NCBI RefSeq assembly: GCF_006345805.1
Contig: NC_043006.1
Location: 90,520,001-90,584,000, forward strand
DNA length: 64,000 nt
Direction: 5' to 3'
From: Octopus sinensis
Lineage: Eukaryota
The notes under the pieces were generated by a model, which worked only from the letters and a program-made list of their open reading frames with translations, did no database searches and was not told where the DNA came from. Shown one piece after another: positions 12,627 to 25,931 of the stretch. The stretch's first letter is position 1. Each line of letters starts with the position of its first letter. Both the position numbers and the translations under genes were made by a program.

Positions 12627-12682
12627 CCCACCTGATTTCAAATAAGGTACAAAATATTGCAGTCTATTGAACCTCAAACAAC
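12627..12682 (-). CDS. Candidate internal exon: (G)CLRFNRLQYFVPYLKSGG
   Basis: Acceptor ctatcttcag, consensus donor gtaagt; 56 bp; phase 1 to phase 0, compatible with exon 7565-7668. Confidence 0.45.
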
Positions 12683-13043
12683 CTGAAGATAGGCACTTAT
12701 AGGCATTGTATGAGTGCATCTTATTTAGAGAGGTTGTGAAAAATGACAAAGCTGGACTTTTGCATTCAACATGCTTTCACAGCCAATTGCGAGCATGTAA
12801 CACCATCTGATACTGTCACTGAGGTCATTGTTTATAATCAGTGAACATAACATGAAGAGAAGCGGAATATGAACTTAGAGAGAGAGAGTGAGAGAGAGAG
12901 GGGGAGGAACTTTGTTCTGTTTCCTTCTACACAATGCACTCGTACAACCTTGGTAAGTCCAGGGTCATGGTGGAAATGTCCATAGAGCCATGCAGTAGAA
13001 TTGAACCCAAAACTATAGGTTGGAAGCTAAATTCTTGATCAAA

Positions 13044-14218
13044 TCTTTATATATATAAAACTGAGAATGTGTGTGTGTCTGTCTGTCTGTCAGTGTGTTT
13101 CCCTAAAACTTGAGAACTACACAACCAATTTCATTCAAATTTTACACATGCTTTACTTAGGGTCTGGGGAGTGTCATCGGCAAAAAATTTTTTAACTTTT
13201 TGCCTAGGGCAAGCCCACAGCAATATCATATCTTCTCCACTACGATTCCCTAAAACTTGAGAACTACACAACCAATTCCATTCAAATTTTACACATGCCT
13301 TACTTAGGGTCCATGTAGTTTCATGGGCAAAAAAAATGTTCAACTTCTTGCCTAGAGCGAGCCCATAGCAATATCATATCTTCTCCACTATTTCAGTATT
13401 ATGTGTTAAAAGTGAAACAAAAACGTTTATTTTATGTCAGATACTTTCACTTTAACAATAAAAATAATAACAATTGAATTATATGTAGTAAGCAATAATT
13501 AAAATCAAACTAAAGTATAATATAATCGTAACATAACAAAAGAAAAAATAGCAATTGGTATAAAATTGCATCAATGACTTGAACTTAAATAAGTGGTTTC
13601 ACATGAATGGGAATAAATTAAAAATAAAATTAGCGTGCAGAAATGGAATAGTCCAGATGGATAATAAAAAATTAAATTAAAGAATAGACTACTGTCTATA
13701 AAGTATACAATGTAGAGAAAAAAAGATTTGAACACCTGGAGGAAAGCACCATCGAAAAGTGTCTTGGTTTGACTATGAAAGATATCAAGTATCTAACCAA
13801 AGGCTGTAAATTCGCCACAATAGAAGCAAGTTTCGAGTCAACGGAGTGTGCAAGGGAGTACTCGACTCAAACTTGCAAAGTGAAAATATTTTATTTTTAC
13901 CTTTATATCTGGGACATAGGACATCCTGGAAAAAAATAAAAAAATGCCCCCTCCCCAGAAGTTGAGGTAGGCTGGATTGTAGCCACACTTCTGTACAAGA
14001 GGGAGGACAAGATACAATTGATTGAAATTGCAAGAGATGGGTTAACAATTCCAGTCTGTTATATATTTTGAGTATTGTTATCACTAGCGATATCAAGATA
14101 TAACTTTGTATTTTGTAATTTATGTGTAGATGTATATATATAGATGTACACATATATATATACACATATATACATGCACTAGCACTATGACCCGGCAACG
14201 ACGGGTCTTTAATGCTAG
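13044..14218 (+). mobile_element. Non-autonomous Helitron-like element
   Basis: 5' TC and 3' CTAG, inserted between A (13043) and T (14219); subterminal hairpin gacccg-gcaacga-cgggtc; internal 147-bp tandem repeat. Confidence 0.65.
13099..13390 (+). repeat. Two tandem 147-bp units
   Basis: Units start at 13099 and 13246 (ttccctaaaacttgagaactacacaacc...catatcttctccacta). Confidence 0.92.
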
Positions 14219-17200
14219 TAGTTTATAAATATCTTTATCATAGCTATATGAATATATTTGATATGAATATTGTCCCACCCATGCATCATGAAAAGTAGAC
14301 ATATGATGATGATAACATTGAGAGATAAGCCAACATTAACGAGAACCTGTCTGTGACCATGGCAGGGATTTGGGGTGTAAAGTTATCCAATAGGGAAGAA
14401 CATAGTGGCCATTGGATCTGATGGACAATCTCAAACAAGAAAGCATGCCCACATATACATAACTCCATCCATCATCACTGAATGTCCATCTCCCAAGATA
14501 ACAGGAGCTGGATGGTTCACTAAATACACAGAAACAATTCTGAAGCCTGCTGAATGCACAGAACTTATAATTCAAAAGTACAATGTACAAAAGCCTTGTA
14601 GATTGAGTCATGATGATTGTCATTCAGATGGGGATTTGTTAAAAGCACATTCCAAAAACACACACACATACGATGGGTTTCTTTGAGTTTCCATCAACCA
14701 AATCAACTCACAAGACATTGTTCAGCCCTGGGACTCTAATAGATGACACTTGCTCAAGGTAACACATTGGGCAAAATGGACCGAATAGAAAGCCATGCCT
14801 GCATGAGGATAGGAAACAGGAAAACCTCACAAGTTGTGTTGTTTATGCATTTCTCAAAGATGTTAATGGCAGGGCAGAAGCAGGACAAGGGCCACACCAC
14901 ACAGAAATTGGAACTAAACCATACTTTTGATTTTCAGTAAAACTCAAATCCCACTCTAAAAGTACATCCCTCATGTTAGGTAAAGAACAATCTGAATAAA
15001 ACAACATCAATAAATTCCTTTCTGTTTCCATTCACGGGATTCAGTTATTTATTTATTTACTGAAAGAATTTAAAAATAGAAAAATTAAATAAAAAGATAC
15101 AATGCAAAAAAAAATGCATAAATATTATGTTGATGAGAGAATGGAAAGAGTCATGCACGCAATAGAACTTGCTGTTAATACTGTCTACATTATCAAGAAT
15201 TATCTACCAATGGAATCCCTTATGATTACAATTGATGAGAACAGTTATTTATTTATTTTTTGCCTGTGTGTGTGTACCCCCCCCCCCAACACACACCCCT
15301 CTCTCTCTCTCCACACCATTTGCATTCAATCATTTCCTATAGCTCTCCTTATGTTTTTTTCCTTTCTTTCTTCTCCAACAGAATGCTATTTGATCTCCTG
15401 CTAAAGTAGATCAGATTTTTTTTCTAATAGCTATTTAATAACTTGGTTAAACTATTTTATTGGTGGAAAAAGAGTGAGAAGAAAAAAGAAAAACAAAAAC
15501 AAAAAAAAGATAATTGAATGCAGGTAGAAAAAAAAGACCAGACTGTACTAGTAGTCAGTCAGTGAGGGAAATACTTGTGTGTGGGTGTGTGTGTGTGTGC
15601 AGGCAGAAGTTTGTGAATATGCACTCATATCTGTGTACGTACGTACACACACACACACACACGACTGTGTGAGTATGTGCATGCTTTTATGTAGAAGCAT
15701 ATTTGTGCCTGTACCAAACGGAATTTATGTATGCCTGCATGAGTCAGTGAGTGAATATGCTTTTGTCTCTCTCTCCCTCTCTCAGCACTCGTGTATATGT
15801 GTGTGTGTTTGCGTATGTGGGCACTTCCATAAGTATGCATTTTACTTTATGTATTTATGAACATGTGTATATATATATATATGCATGTGTATATGTACCG
15901 AACTTGGAAAATATAGCAATGTTTTTATATTATATAATGGTTTTATCTATATCCGGCAAGCTTTAAATGTGATAACATGAGATTTGTCGTCATCATCTTT
16001 ATTATGGTTTTTATACAGTCACTCCAATATATATATATTCTCTTTAACCATATAAGAAACTTAGCTAAATATATATACATATATATATATAACACATAAC
16101 ATATATCACATATATATATGCACCTATCTGTCTATGTATGTATGTATGTGCATGTATACACGCAGGCATGCATGCATAAAATTATTAGTATAGAAGCTTT
16201 AATGTTATTTTGCTTTGTATTTTTTTATACATTGATATTGATTAAACAAGTTGGAGTAGTTTTAACCTCTGCTTATTTACCTTGCCTACAGTTAAACTAT
16301 GTCAGTATCAGATTTTCTTTATGCCAATTTATTTCCTTCACTTAATACTATTTACCAACAAAAGAGGTCATTTTTATTTATTTACTATTATTATTATTAT
16401 TTTATTATTTATTCATTTTTTTTTTTTGCAATTGGTTGTTCCTGCTTCAATATTCTTCACTTGCACAAAGAAAATTGCTTTTGTAAATATTCCTATATTT
16501 AGATGATGATAAACTTCCCATTGGAGTATTTAAAATGTTCTTTTGGTTGATTAGATTAGTTCAGCCATCATTAAGAAATGTTCCATTATAGAAAAGAAGG
16601 TCGATGTATCTCTCATCTTGATATCTTAACATCAAATCCTGTCTTACAGATAACCTGAGCAGTTGAATTGAAACAGAATGTCATCACATTTAAAAGATTT
16701 TTTTTTGATTTTTTAGAATAACTTTCTTCTCTTTCATTCCTCCAGTAGCGTGCTTTTTATTCAGCTTCAGACCAATTTGGAAAGAAATGAATATATGAAC
16801 TCTAATTGGTATTTTGTCTTTATATGAAATTATGCTCCAATGAGGATTCTTTTGGCAGCTGGCAAGGAAATTGAACTGATCAGGTTAATTGTTATTTAAC
16901 CCTTCGGACACCAACTTTGGCTCTCATACTTCCAGAAATGATAAAATATCAGTTAAGTACTGGAATCAATGGAATTTACCAAATCCAAAACCCTTAAAAT
17001 TGCTGGCCTTGTGCCTAAATTAGAAAATAGGTTATTGTTATTGATTGTTTTTATTTCTCAATTTCATCATTAAAAAAAATTAGTAAACTTATTAAGGTGG
17101 CATTGCTCATAGACATTCCTCCTCATTAAAAACAAAATTAGAAAAAAAAATATTACTTTGTAAATTTTTGTAAGAGAAATGTATGAATTAAGATATGTCT

Positions 17201-20200
17201 ATCATAGGAAACAAGTCAAACAACATCCAAACAGCCCAATATATATATATATATTACAAGATGGAATAAAGTACAACACAGAATTTCTAATGCTGCACTG
17301 TTAGAAATTCAAAAACCTTCTTGAAAAAGAAAAGATGGGGTTGACACACAATTCACCTAATTTGAAGAATTTACTTATTTATGTCAGGAATTCGGGAAAG
17401 TCAAGTTATTTTTGTAGATTGCTCATTCTGCTACTTTAATTATTAATTATGCCACCTTCCTTAAAGATAATTATCCTAAACAAAAGGAAGTGTGTTTATA
17501 GATTTCTACTCTTTCCTTGCTCTCAAACAATGGAGTACATCATAAGCAAGTACGTGTTATATACACATAAATACAGAAAACAATGAAAAAAATTTTAGAA
17601 AAAAGAACCATAATGATTGCAAGAAACTTGGTACCAGAATTATATAATTTTAGTTTTGTTTTGTAACTTTAATTCTGTCTTAATGAAAGGAATACATACG
17701 AATTGCTTCAATTAAAAACTACTTCTAAAACAAAGGCAGAAATGAACTTTCTGTTCAGAGAGAAGAATGCTTAATTATGGTAAAAGACAAGTTTGTAGCA
17801 TTAGTGATAACTTTTTCCTGGAGACAATCAAGAATATTTCTTAGTGAATCTGGTTGCAGTTGTATGCCATGTGAATACTGCCTCCCACATATTCACATAA
17901 CACCCTTAGTACAAGTTGATAACCTTTTATCCGAGATGATTAAAAGTAGAAGTGTATCCAATTTTATGTGTTTGATTTTAGAATGATTGCATATTTTACC
18001 TCTTTTTCTATTTTTACTACCTGCAAGTAACTGGTAGAGTTATTTGTGGATCTTTAAAATTTTTCAAGTACAGCACAAAACATGCTGGCTCTTTACATTC
18101 TGAGTTCAAATTCCACTGATATTGACTTTGCCTTCCATCCTTCCAGGGTCAATCAAAAAAGTACATATTGAGCACTTAAAGTTGTTTGCTTTGTGTCAAA
18201 ATTTGACACATTTAACTAATGTGGTAAACCTTGTGAACTTGTATGTTGTGAAGACACCACAGAAAATTGTCTTCCTGCAATGAATTTAGGATAAGTCAGT
18301 TCGGTGGAACCATTGTTTTCCAGGTGATAACTGGAGGTCTTTTTAAAGTCAGTGTTGCAAAATAACAAATTATGTTCATTTCACTGTGATGCAACTGCTT
18401 TCAGCAGTAAGTTGTTCCTCCCAACTATTTTCCTTTTACAGCTAAATGGACTGATTACCCACATACATCACACTTTTACAGTTTACACTCCTACGACTCA
18501 TACTACATGGATTAGTTGCCATAATTTGTATTGGACCAGAGAATATGGCTGCTGTCATGGTATGTAGTGAAACAAATATGGTTGTTCCCTGGTTAAACAT
18601 AATATATGAATTACTGTTGGAAATGCTGACATGACTGTGGTGGCAGTGGTTGAAAAGTCCTCCTTTTAGTTATGTATAAGTGATCGTCCTATCATCTCCA
18701 GCAATCAAATACCAACAATGAATGTGTGTCAATAACAAACTTTATATTTTGATTTTTGCTTTTTTATAAGCAGCAAAGAAGATAAATATTTATTATCAAG
18801 CAGGTAAAAGATAGAATCTTAACATATATCAAGCTGAGAACAAGACACACAGACTACAGGATTGACTGAAGCAAGCTTTTTTTAAACATTGGAACTAAGA
18901 AAAGTCCTGTCTATAGTTCTGACTTAATAAAATATAATTCGCATGTTTTGTATTGGTTAAAGGGAAATGGAGAAAATAGATAGAGCAGGGCCATGACACC
19001 AGTGATGAATATGAGGGACATGCAAAAGACTGGAAAGAAATAAGGTCAGTAGGCTGTGCTAATGTGTAATTTCAACCAGAGTAGAGTACAAGTATTAGCT
19101 ATAACATATTAGAAAGAAGACCACAATAGTACAGGCAAAGCATGCAAATGAAGAATTGAGGAATGAAAGCTTGATAGGAAAGATCAACATGGTGCAAATA
19201 CAAGGAAGGAGTAGAAAGAGATGAAAAAGGACCATAGCAAATTCAGAGATCATCAGCAGCAGTTTAACACTCGTTTTTCCATTCTTGCATGGGTTAGGCA
19301 GATTTTCAATTGCTGGATCCCTTTCCTGTTTCTAAGCAAAATCATATTTTCCCACAACCAGATATGCTTACATGGAAGACTGGAAGCAAAAAACATCAAT
19401 ATTATGTGATGTCAAGGCAAAGATACACAAATACACACACACACACGCACACACACATGCCCACACACACGCTCGCAATAAACTTCTCTCGGTTTTCATG
19501 AACCAACTTCACTCACAAGACTTTGGTTGGTCTGGAGCTAGAGTAGAAGACACTTGCCTAAGGTACCACACAGTGGGATTGAACCTCATGCCTTGTAGTT
19601 GGGAAGTAAACTTTTTACCACACTGCCACACCAACATCAATATTACATATTCTGTTTTGGAACATTATTAATAAATCAACTGCTTTACAACAAACAAACT
19701 ACCACAGACAGTTACAGTAAAGAGAACGTTTGCTCACAGTTTCTCCTGCATCAAACATTTGAAAGTAAATGTTATTTTGCTGAGTTCCTGCTCTGCTAAT
19801 TAACAAGAACCATTAATGGTTTTAGTAATTCTATACTGTAATTTGAGGAACTTTCGTCTTACACCATAAATCATTAGTGTGTGGGAGATAGGCATGAACA
19901 TAAAGGTTTTTTTATTGCTGCCCAACAATTAAAAAAAATATATTTACAAAAGATAATTAAGTATGAATAGAGAAATGGCACAAGAATTAAGTAATATGGA
20001 AAATTTAGACGTCAGTAACTATACATAATGAAACATTTGAAAACAAGTAAAGGCAATTGGCATTAAATCAAAACCAAAGCTTGAACCTACCATGTGTCTG
20101 TGTATCTGTCAAGCAACAATTGATTTATTAACAATATCAAGAACAGCTAATCCTTTCTGAGCCACAAGAATAAAACAACAGGACTCTTCCCTTGGCTAGG

Positions 20201-21379
20201 AAGCTGGACTCACAAGGGTATCTTCAACAATCTTTTACTGTCAAATTAGATACCTAAATCTATTTATTCTGCATTAGTAACTTGTTTTCTTTCTCATTTT
20301 CCTCCCCATCTCTTTCTATCTACAAGGTAGCAACAGTTTAAAACACCAAATCTCTTTTATTTTGAAGGGCACACAGCATCTGCTCTAGTACTAGTGCCAC
20401 AATTAAAAATTTTCCTAGTAAAGAAATTGGTGAACAAGTGGGAGATGATCTAGGGTAGAGAGGACCTTCAGAGCTGTTTTGCAAAAGAAAACCTTTTTAA
20501 TGCTGGTGCCATGAGGGAATGCAAACAGGACACTGTAAATTGGTCAGCAAATAGGAAGGGCATCCAAGTATAGAAGCCCTGCTCAACTCAGTGCTCAGGT
20601 CACATGTAATCCCTTGATCCACCTAGGTGGAAAATCAATTCTGAATAAGAAATGACCTAGCCTGTGACAACCAGTCCAAAACATGCTAACATAGAAAGCC
20701 AGTGCTGGTGGTGATGATGATGATATATACATTAATGGCCAACAAAACAAAGTACTTAACCTAGATCAGATGAGTCTGATGTTTGCATATGCGAAATAAC
20801 ACAATGAATCCAATTGCAAATTAATTAAGAACTTCAATGTAAACCAAACTAGGAAATTAAAAGCACCATTCGTGACAGACGAAAATACTGTCCCACTTGG
20901 GGGGGGGCGACCCTTTGTGTCTTATTGCTAGCTAAGTGATCAATTTACCAGTTACACAACAACATCCAACTCAACTTCTCTCAAACAAATGACAAACCTA
21001 TTTTTTTCTGAGGTTTCTTTTATTCCTTTGAATTCTTATCTCTACAAAGTGGTTGGGCAGTTACTTAGTATAGCAGGGCAACAAGTTAACCCTTCAACAT
21101 TCACATTACTCTGCCAAATGTAATGCTTATTTATTCACATTGCTTTGAATTAACCAATTATGTCATATCTTTGAAATTTTGATGATGTGTTTTTTTTTAG
21201 AATGACATTGTTAGGTATGGGTGAGAGGTCAGATATGGCTAGTTTGAACATAAAGTAAGATATTAGGGCTGGATATGACCAATTTAAATGTTAATAGGTT
21301 AAACCCTATACTTTTTTTTACTTGTCTGGTAGAAGGCCTTTGTCATCCCTCTTAGACTATTCACACAGATTCCATTAAT

Positions 21380-21650
21380 GCTTTTCTTGAACTGTTGCAA
21401 GTCAACACCTGCAGATGATTCCTAAGATTCTGGAAAGGTTAAGACTGGGTGCAATGATTAACATGAGACATGGTGGACTCAAAGCCAACAAGTGTTATGA
21501 GAAGAGAGATTGGAGTATGCGAAAGTAGGGAACATGGGTAGCATGGATCCAACTAGTTAGGTAAAATAGAGGCCATATCAAAAGTGAGAGAGGAAATGAT
21601 ACACCTATGGATAAGACACTTAAGAATATCTGTAATTGACCATTTTCTGG
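21380..21650 (-). mobile_element. Degenerate CR1-like LINE 3' end
   Basis: Minus-strand remnants LIHRCIISSL and VDLQQFKKSINGI resemble the CR1 ORF2 C-terminus. Confidence 0.5.
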
Positions 21651-22338
21651 TTGAGGTCTATGATGACTTGTGTGTGTGTGTGGTGTGTGTGTGTGTGCAG
21701 CAATAGTGTCCCAGATAACAAAACAATGCTCCATTATGGGCTACCTCTGAACTTGCATTCGGGTATGTAATATAACTATTATGCACAATAATGTCGTCTG
21801 ACATAATGATAAAGGACATCTTCAAACTAGAGAATGATCCATTGGAGGCTGCAGATGTGTGTTCTGGCAACAAGAACACAAAAGGAGGGGTAACAACTCC
21901 ACTGTTAGTTGCTTAACTATCAATGCAGCTCTCCAGTAGAGGAAAAGTATAAAATGGTGATTGGAACTGACAGTGGGAGTGACCTTGAAGCAACTCTAAG
22001 AAGAAATAAGAGCTGTGCTGAAGCTTCAGTATGGCAGTTCTTGTATTTAAGCCTACTAAAGAATATCACACTATTAATACTGCCAAAGTTTTCATCTGAT
22101 AGAAGCAGTTCCTTGTCACATAAATAAGCTAGATTACCGCCCCCTCCACTACAAACTCGAGTACTGTAAAGTGTTGTATCTTCCATATTAATGACTGCCA
22201 ATTTGCCAAATGAACACCAAAGAATAATTATAGGAACATATAACAGAAGCAGGAAACATAAGGTTTTGAGTGAAATATCTAAGAATAACGTATGCAATCC
22301 AATGAAAGCAAAATACATTATATATATACGTGTATGTA

Positions 22339-22408
<70 letters not shown>

Positions 22409-23195
22409 AAAGAGAGAGAGAGTTATGCCTATAGTTACAAATAAAACATATAACGTTGTGTTGATATGTTAGTTCTTAATATCAGAAAAGTTGCATTTAG
22501 TGGACGCAGAGCAAACAGATTATGTATTTGAAACATAACGAAGCTGTCAGATTATAATCCCAATTTAAGAGAAGACACTTAAGAGAAGATATCTTGGACA
22601 TCTAAGATAACAAATTGCATTAGAATACTTGATACTTTAAGTAGAAGTGAAATAAAATTAATTAAGAAATAGATTATCAAGTCTGAATTTAATTTCAGAA
22701 ATGTTATAGCAAAACCTAATGAGAAATCACTTTGCCTTTGTTAGGCTTTACAACATTTCAAAAATCAAAATTGTACGAGCGCCATATGAAGGATACAAAG
22801 TTTATGTATGTGTGTGTATATAAAAGCATCTTTTGAGCGTTGGGTCTCACAGAGGCAATGACAAACATCCGAGACCTTTGGCAACTTGCTGTGCTTGTGA
22901 AGAAGACCCCTCAAGCCAAGTGAAATTGTAATCATGGCAGAAACCTGTGTCAAGCAATTGGCATCCATGCCCATGGAACGTACAAGCACCCATTACACTC
23001 TCAGAGTGGTTGGCGTTAGGAAGGGCAACAAGCTGTAGAAAACATACCAAATCAAACTGGAGTCTAGTGCAGCCCCTCAGTTTAGCAGACCTGGTCAAAC
23101 CCATGCCAGCATGGAAAACGAATGTTGATGATGATGATGAATTTCATATTTTAGTGTGTGTGTGTGTGTGTGTGTGTTTATGTGTATTGTATTAT

Positions 23196-23342
23196 TAAAG
23201 CAGCAAAAACATCACAAAAATCTGCTACTCAGAATTTCCCATTCATCAGGCAGTCGTGGGCTCACAAATGCCCAATGAATGAGAATGTGAAACTCTGAGC
23301 AGTAGTTTTTTGTGACATTTTTGTGATGTTTTTGCAGCTTAA
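23196..23342. repeat. Imperfectly palindromic mini-element of about 147 bp (MITE-like or fold-back)
   Basis: aagcagcaaaaacatcacaaaaat pairs with atttttgtgatgtttttgcagctt; inner ctactcagaatttc/gaaactctgagcag also pairs. Confidence 0.75.
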
Positions 23343-23349
23343 ATACTAA

Positions 23350-23670
23350 AGGCGCATGGCTCAGTGGTTAAAGCGTCGAGCTTACAATCATGAGGTTGTA
23401 AGCTCAAATCTGGGACCGGGCTGTGTGTTGTGTTCTTGAGCAAGACACTTTATTTTACATTGCTCCACTTTACTCAGCCGTAGAGATGGGTTGCAATGCC
23501 CCTGGTGCCAAGCTATATTGGCCTTTGCCTTTCCCTTGGATAACACTGGTGGTGTGGAGAGGAGAGGTCGGTATGCTTGGGCAACTGCTGGTCTTCCATA
23601 AACAACCTTGCCTGGACTTGTGCTTGGGAGAGTAACTTTCTAGGTGCAATCCTATGTGCATACATGACAG
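23350..23670 (+). mobile_element. tRNA-derived SINE with A/B-box head and central domain
   Basis: ggcgcatggctcagtggttaaagcg head; gtgttcttgagcaagacact core; a related copy lies on the minus strand near 29600-29830. Confidence 0.7.
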
Positions 23671-23679
23671 AGTGTAAGT

Positions 23680-24500
23680 GTCCTGAGAGAAAAGTTGGAC
23701 ACAAGAAGCATCAGATGGGATGTACAAGAGAGATGACTGCACTGGTATAGTTATGTGTTTTGTATGAATGAGGACAGCTGTATGAAAAAAGTCACACCCT
23801 AACATTAGAGGGAACCTGTGGAAGACGTAGACCCAGGAAAACCTGGGATGAGGTGGTGAAGCATGATCTTCAAACGATGGGCCTCACAGAAGTGATGACG
23901 AGTGACCGATACCTTTGGAAATATGCTGTGCTTGAGAAGACCCAGCAAGCCAAGTGAGACCATAACTGTGGCCTATGCCAGTGAAACATAACCAGTCCAT
24001 CTAAGAGTACCCTCCAATCATTGGGCAATAAACTACGCTTGTGAAGACCTGTTTAGTCAAGTGAAGTCATTGTCATGGCCAATGCTAGTACCACCTGACT
24101 AGTACCCATGCCTGTGACACATAAAAATGCTCCATTACAGTGTGGTCAATGCCAGTGGCATGTAAAAAGCACCATTCGAGCATGACTGGCTTCCATGCTG
24201 GTGACACATAAAAAACACCATTCAAGTGTGGGTCATTGCCAGTGCCAACTGACTGGCTCCTGTGCCAGTGGCAAGTAAAAAGCACCATTCAAGCATGGTC
24301 AATGCCATTTCTGCCTGACTGCACATAAAAAGCACCCACTATACTCTCAGAGTGGTTGGTATTAGGAAGGGTATCCAGCTGTAGAAATCTTGCCAGATTG
24401 GATTGGAGCCTGGTGCAGATTTCTGGCTTGCCAGTCCTCAGTCAAACCATCCAACCCATGCTAGCATGGAAGGCAGACGTTAAATGATGATGATGATGAC
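23680..24500 (+). mobile_element. RTE LINE 3' end with 3' UTR tandem modules and (GAT)n tail
   Basis: Degenerate RTE C-terminus, repeated aaaagcaccattc modules and ccaacccatgctagcatggaa...gatgatg tail. Confidence 0.75.
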
Positions 24501-24604
24501 GAGATTATATATATATATATATATGTATATATATACACACACACCAAGCCTTATTGTGTTTATCTGCATTACTGCCTCTCTTCGCTTATGCATATGTATG
24601 TATA

Positions 24605-24636
<32 letters not shown>

Positions 24637-24815
24637 AAAAGACACGATTCGACATATTTTCTGTGTACCAAATACACTCACAAGGCACAGACCAGCTTGG
24701 AACTATAATACACTTCATGAAAGAGCTGTGGCATGAGATTGAACCCAAAATCATACAGTTGCAAAGTGAGCTTAATCACACAATTATGGTTGTGTGTGTA
24801 TATGTACATACATAC

Positions 24816-24817
<2 letters not shown>

Positions 24818-24875
<58 letters not shown>
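24818..24875. repeat. (TA)n microsatellite
   Basis: Direct reading. Confidence 0.97.
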
Positions 24876-24878
<3 letters not shown>

Positions 24879-25931
24879 GGACTGTGTCAACTGAATCTAT
24901 TCCCTCTTTTGCCAGTTCACTTCATCAGTGTCATTTCCAGATATGTGGCCCCATAAATTAGGGCAAAAATAAAGTAATTAAAAAAGTCTTTAATAATAAA
25001 AAAAAATACAAAAGCAACAAAAATACATAACTGAGGATTTATGAAGGTACATTTAATATATCTTCTATAAAATATCTTCAGCAATCCTCTAACAGTTTAC
25101 AAGTAATTACAATAAACACACACACACATATAAACTCTTTTTTTCTCTCTTTTTACAATTTATTTGGAGTCGTGTTTATTACAGGTAATAAAAATCTCAT
25201 TTAGTTTAGTTGATATACAGACAATATTTTCATCGCCTCTCATATTCATATTGATACAAGTATTAACAATAAAGAGTTTGCTGATTATAGCTAACTAGAC
25301 TTGGTAGGTGGGGTGGTGGAAAAGGTTAATCAAATATACGGAACATGAATTCCATTCTTAATAGGAATATACAAGTCTGTGTATAATATATCTGTTACGT
25401 TACACACTTTACAATAACAATATACAAACAAAACTCTCAGGTCTTGTTTTTATAACTGTTTTGAATAATATTTTTCCAATTTGATAGCAATAAATGAAAA
25501 ACAAAAAATGAATGAATGGAATAAAAATATGGCCATATGGTTAGGAAGTTTACTTCATAATGACATGGTCGTGGATTCTGCTCTACAGAGCGGCGCCTTT
25601 GGCAAGTGTCTTCTATTATAGACCTGAGTCGACCGGTGTCTTGTGAGTGAATTTTGCAGATGGAAACTACATTCAATCCTTTGACATTTAAACCATTCAC
25701 ATCTGGCCCAAATATTCTGCTTTGTGTTTAAAACAGCCACATCTGCCCTCCCCAACTGCCTTACAATATGATTCTAGAAATTTTGCAATCAAATCATTGA
25801 AATCTCAAAGAAGTGAGATAAAAATTAATTCAAAACAATGTGAAGAAATAAGCAACGGATTTGTGAGAGTAATTGGAATGTGAAAAGGGTTAATCCATCA
25901 TGCATAGTGAGTGAGTGAGAGTGAGATTTGT

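Noticed and set aside
14286-14686. Overlapping ORFs on both strands
   Set aside because: No coherent motif or splice support; at best a weak resemblance to a decayed LINE endonuclease.
17730-18020. Minus-strand frame with a single in-frame TGA (17893-17895), possible selenoprotein
   Set aside because: No recognisable selenoprotein motif or SECIS; such read-through frames arise by chance in AT-rich DNA.
23350-23420. tRNA-like sequence
   Set aside because: No intact cloverleaf, and it continues into a SINE body, so it is a SINE head.
24085-24340. CRISPR-like repeated motif array
   Set aside because: Units are diverged, the intervening sequences are homologous rather than unique spacers, there are no cas genes, and the array lies in an RTE 3' UTR.
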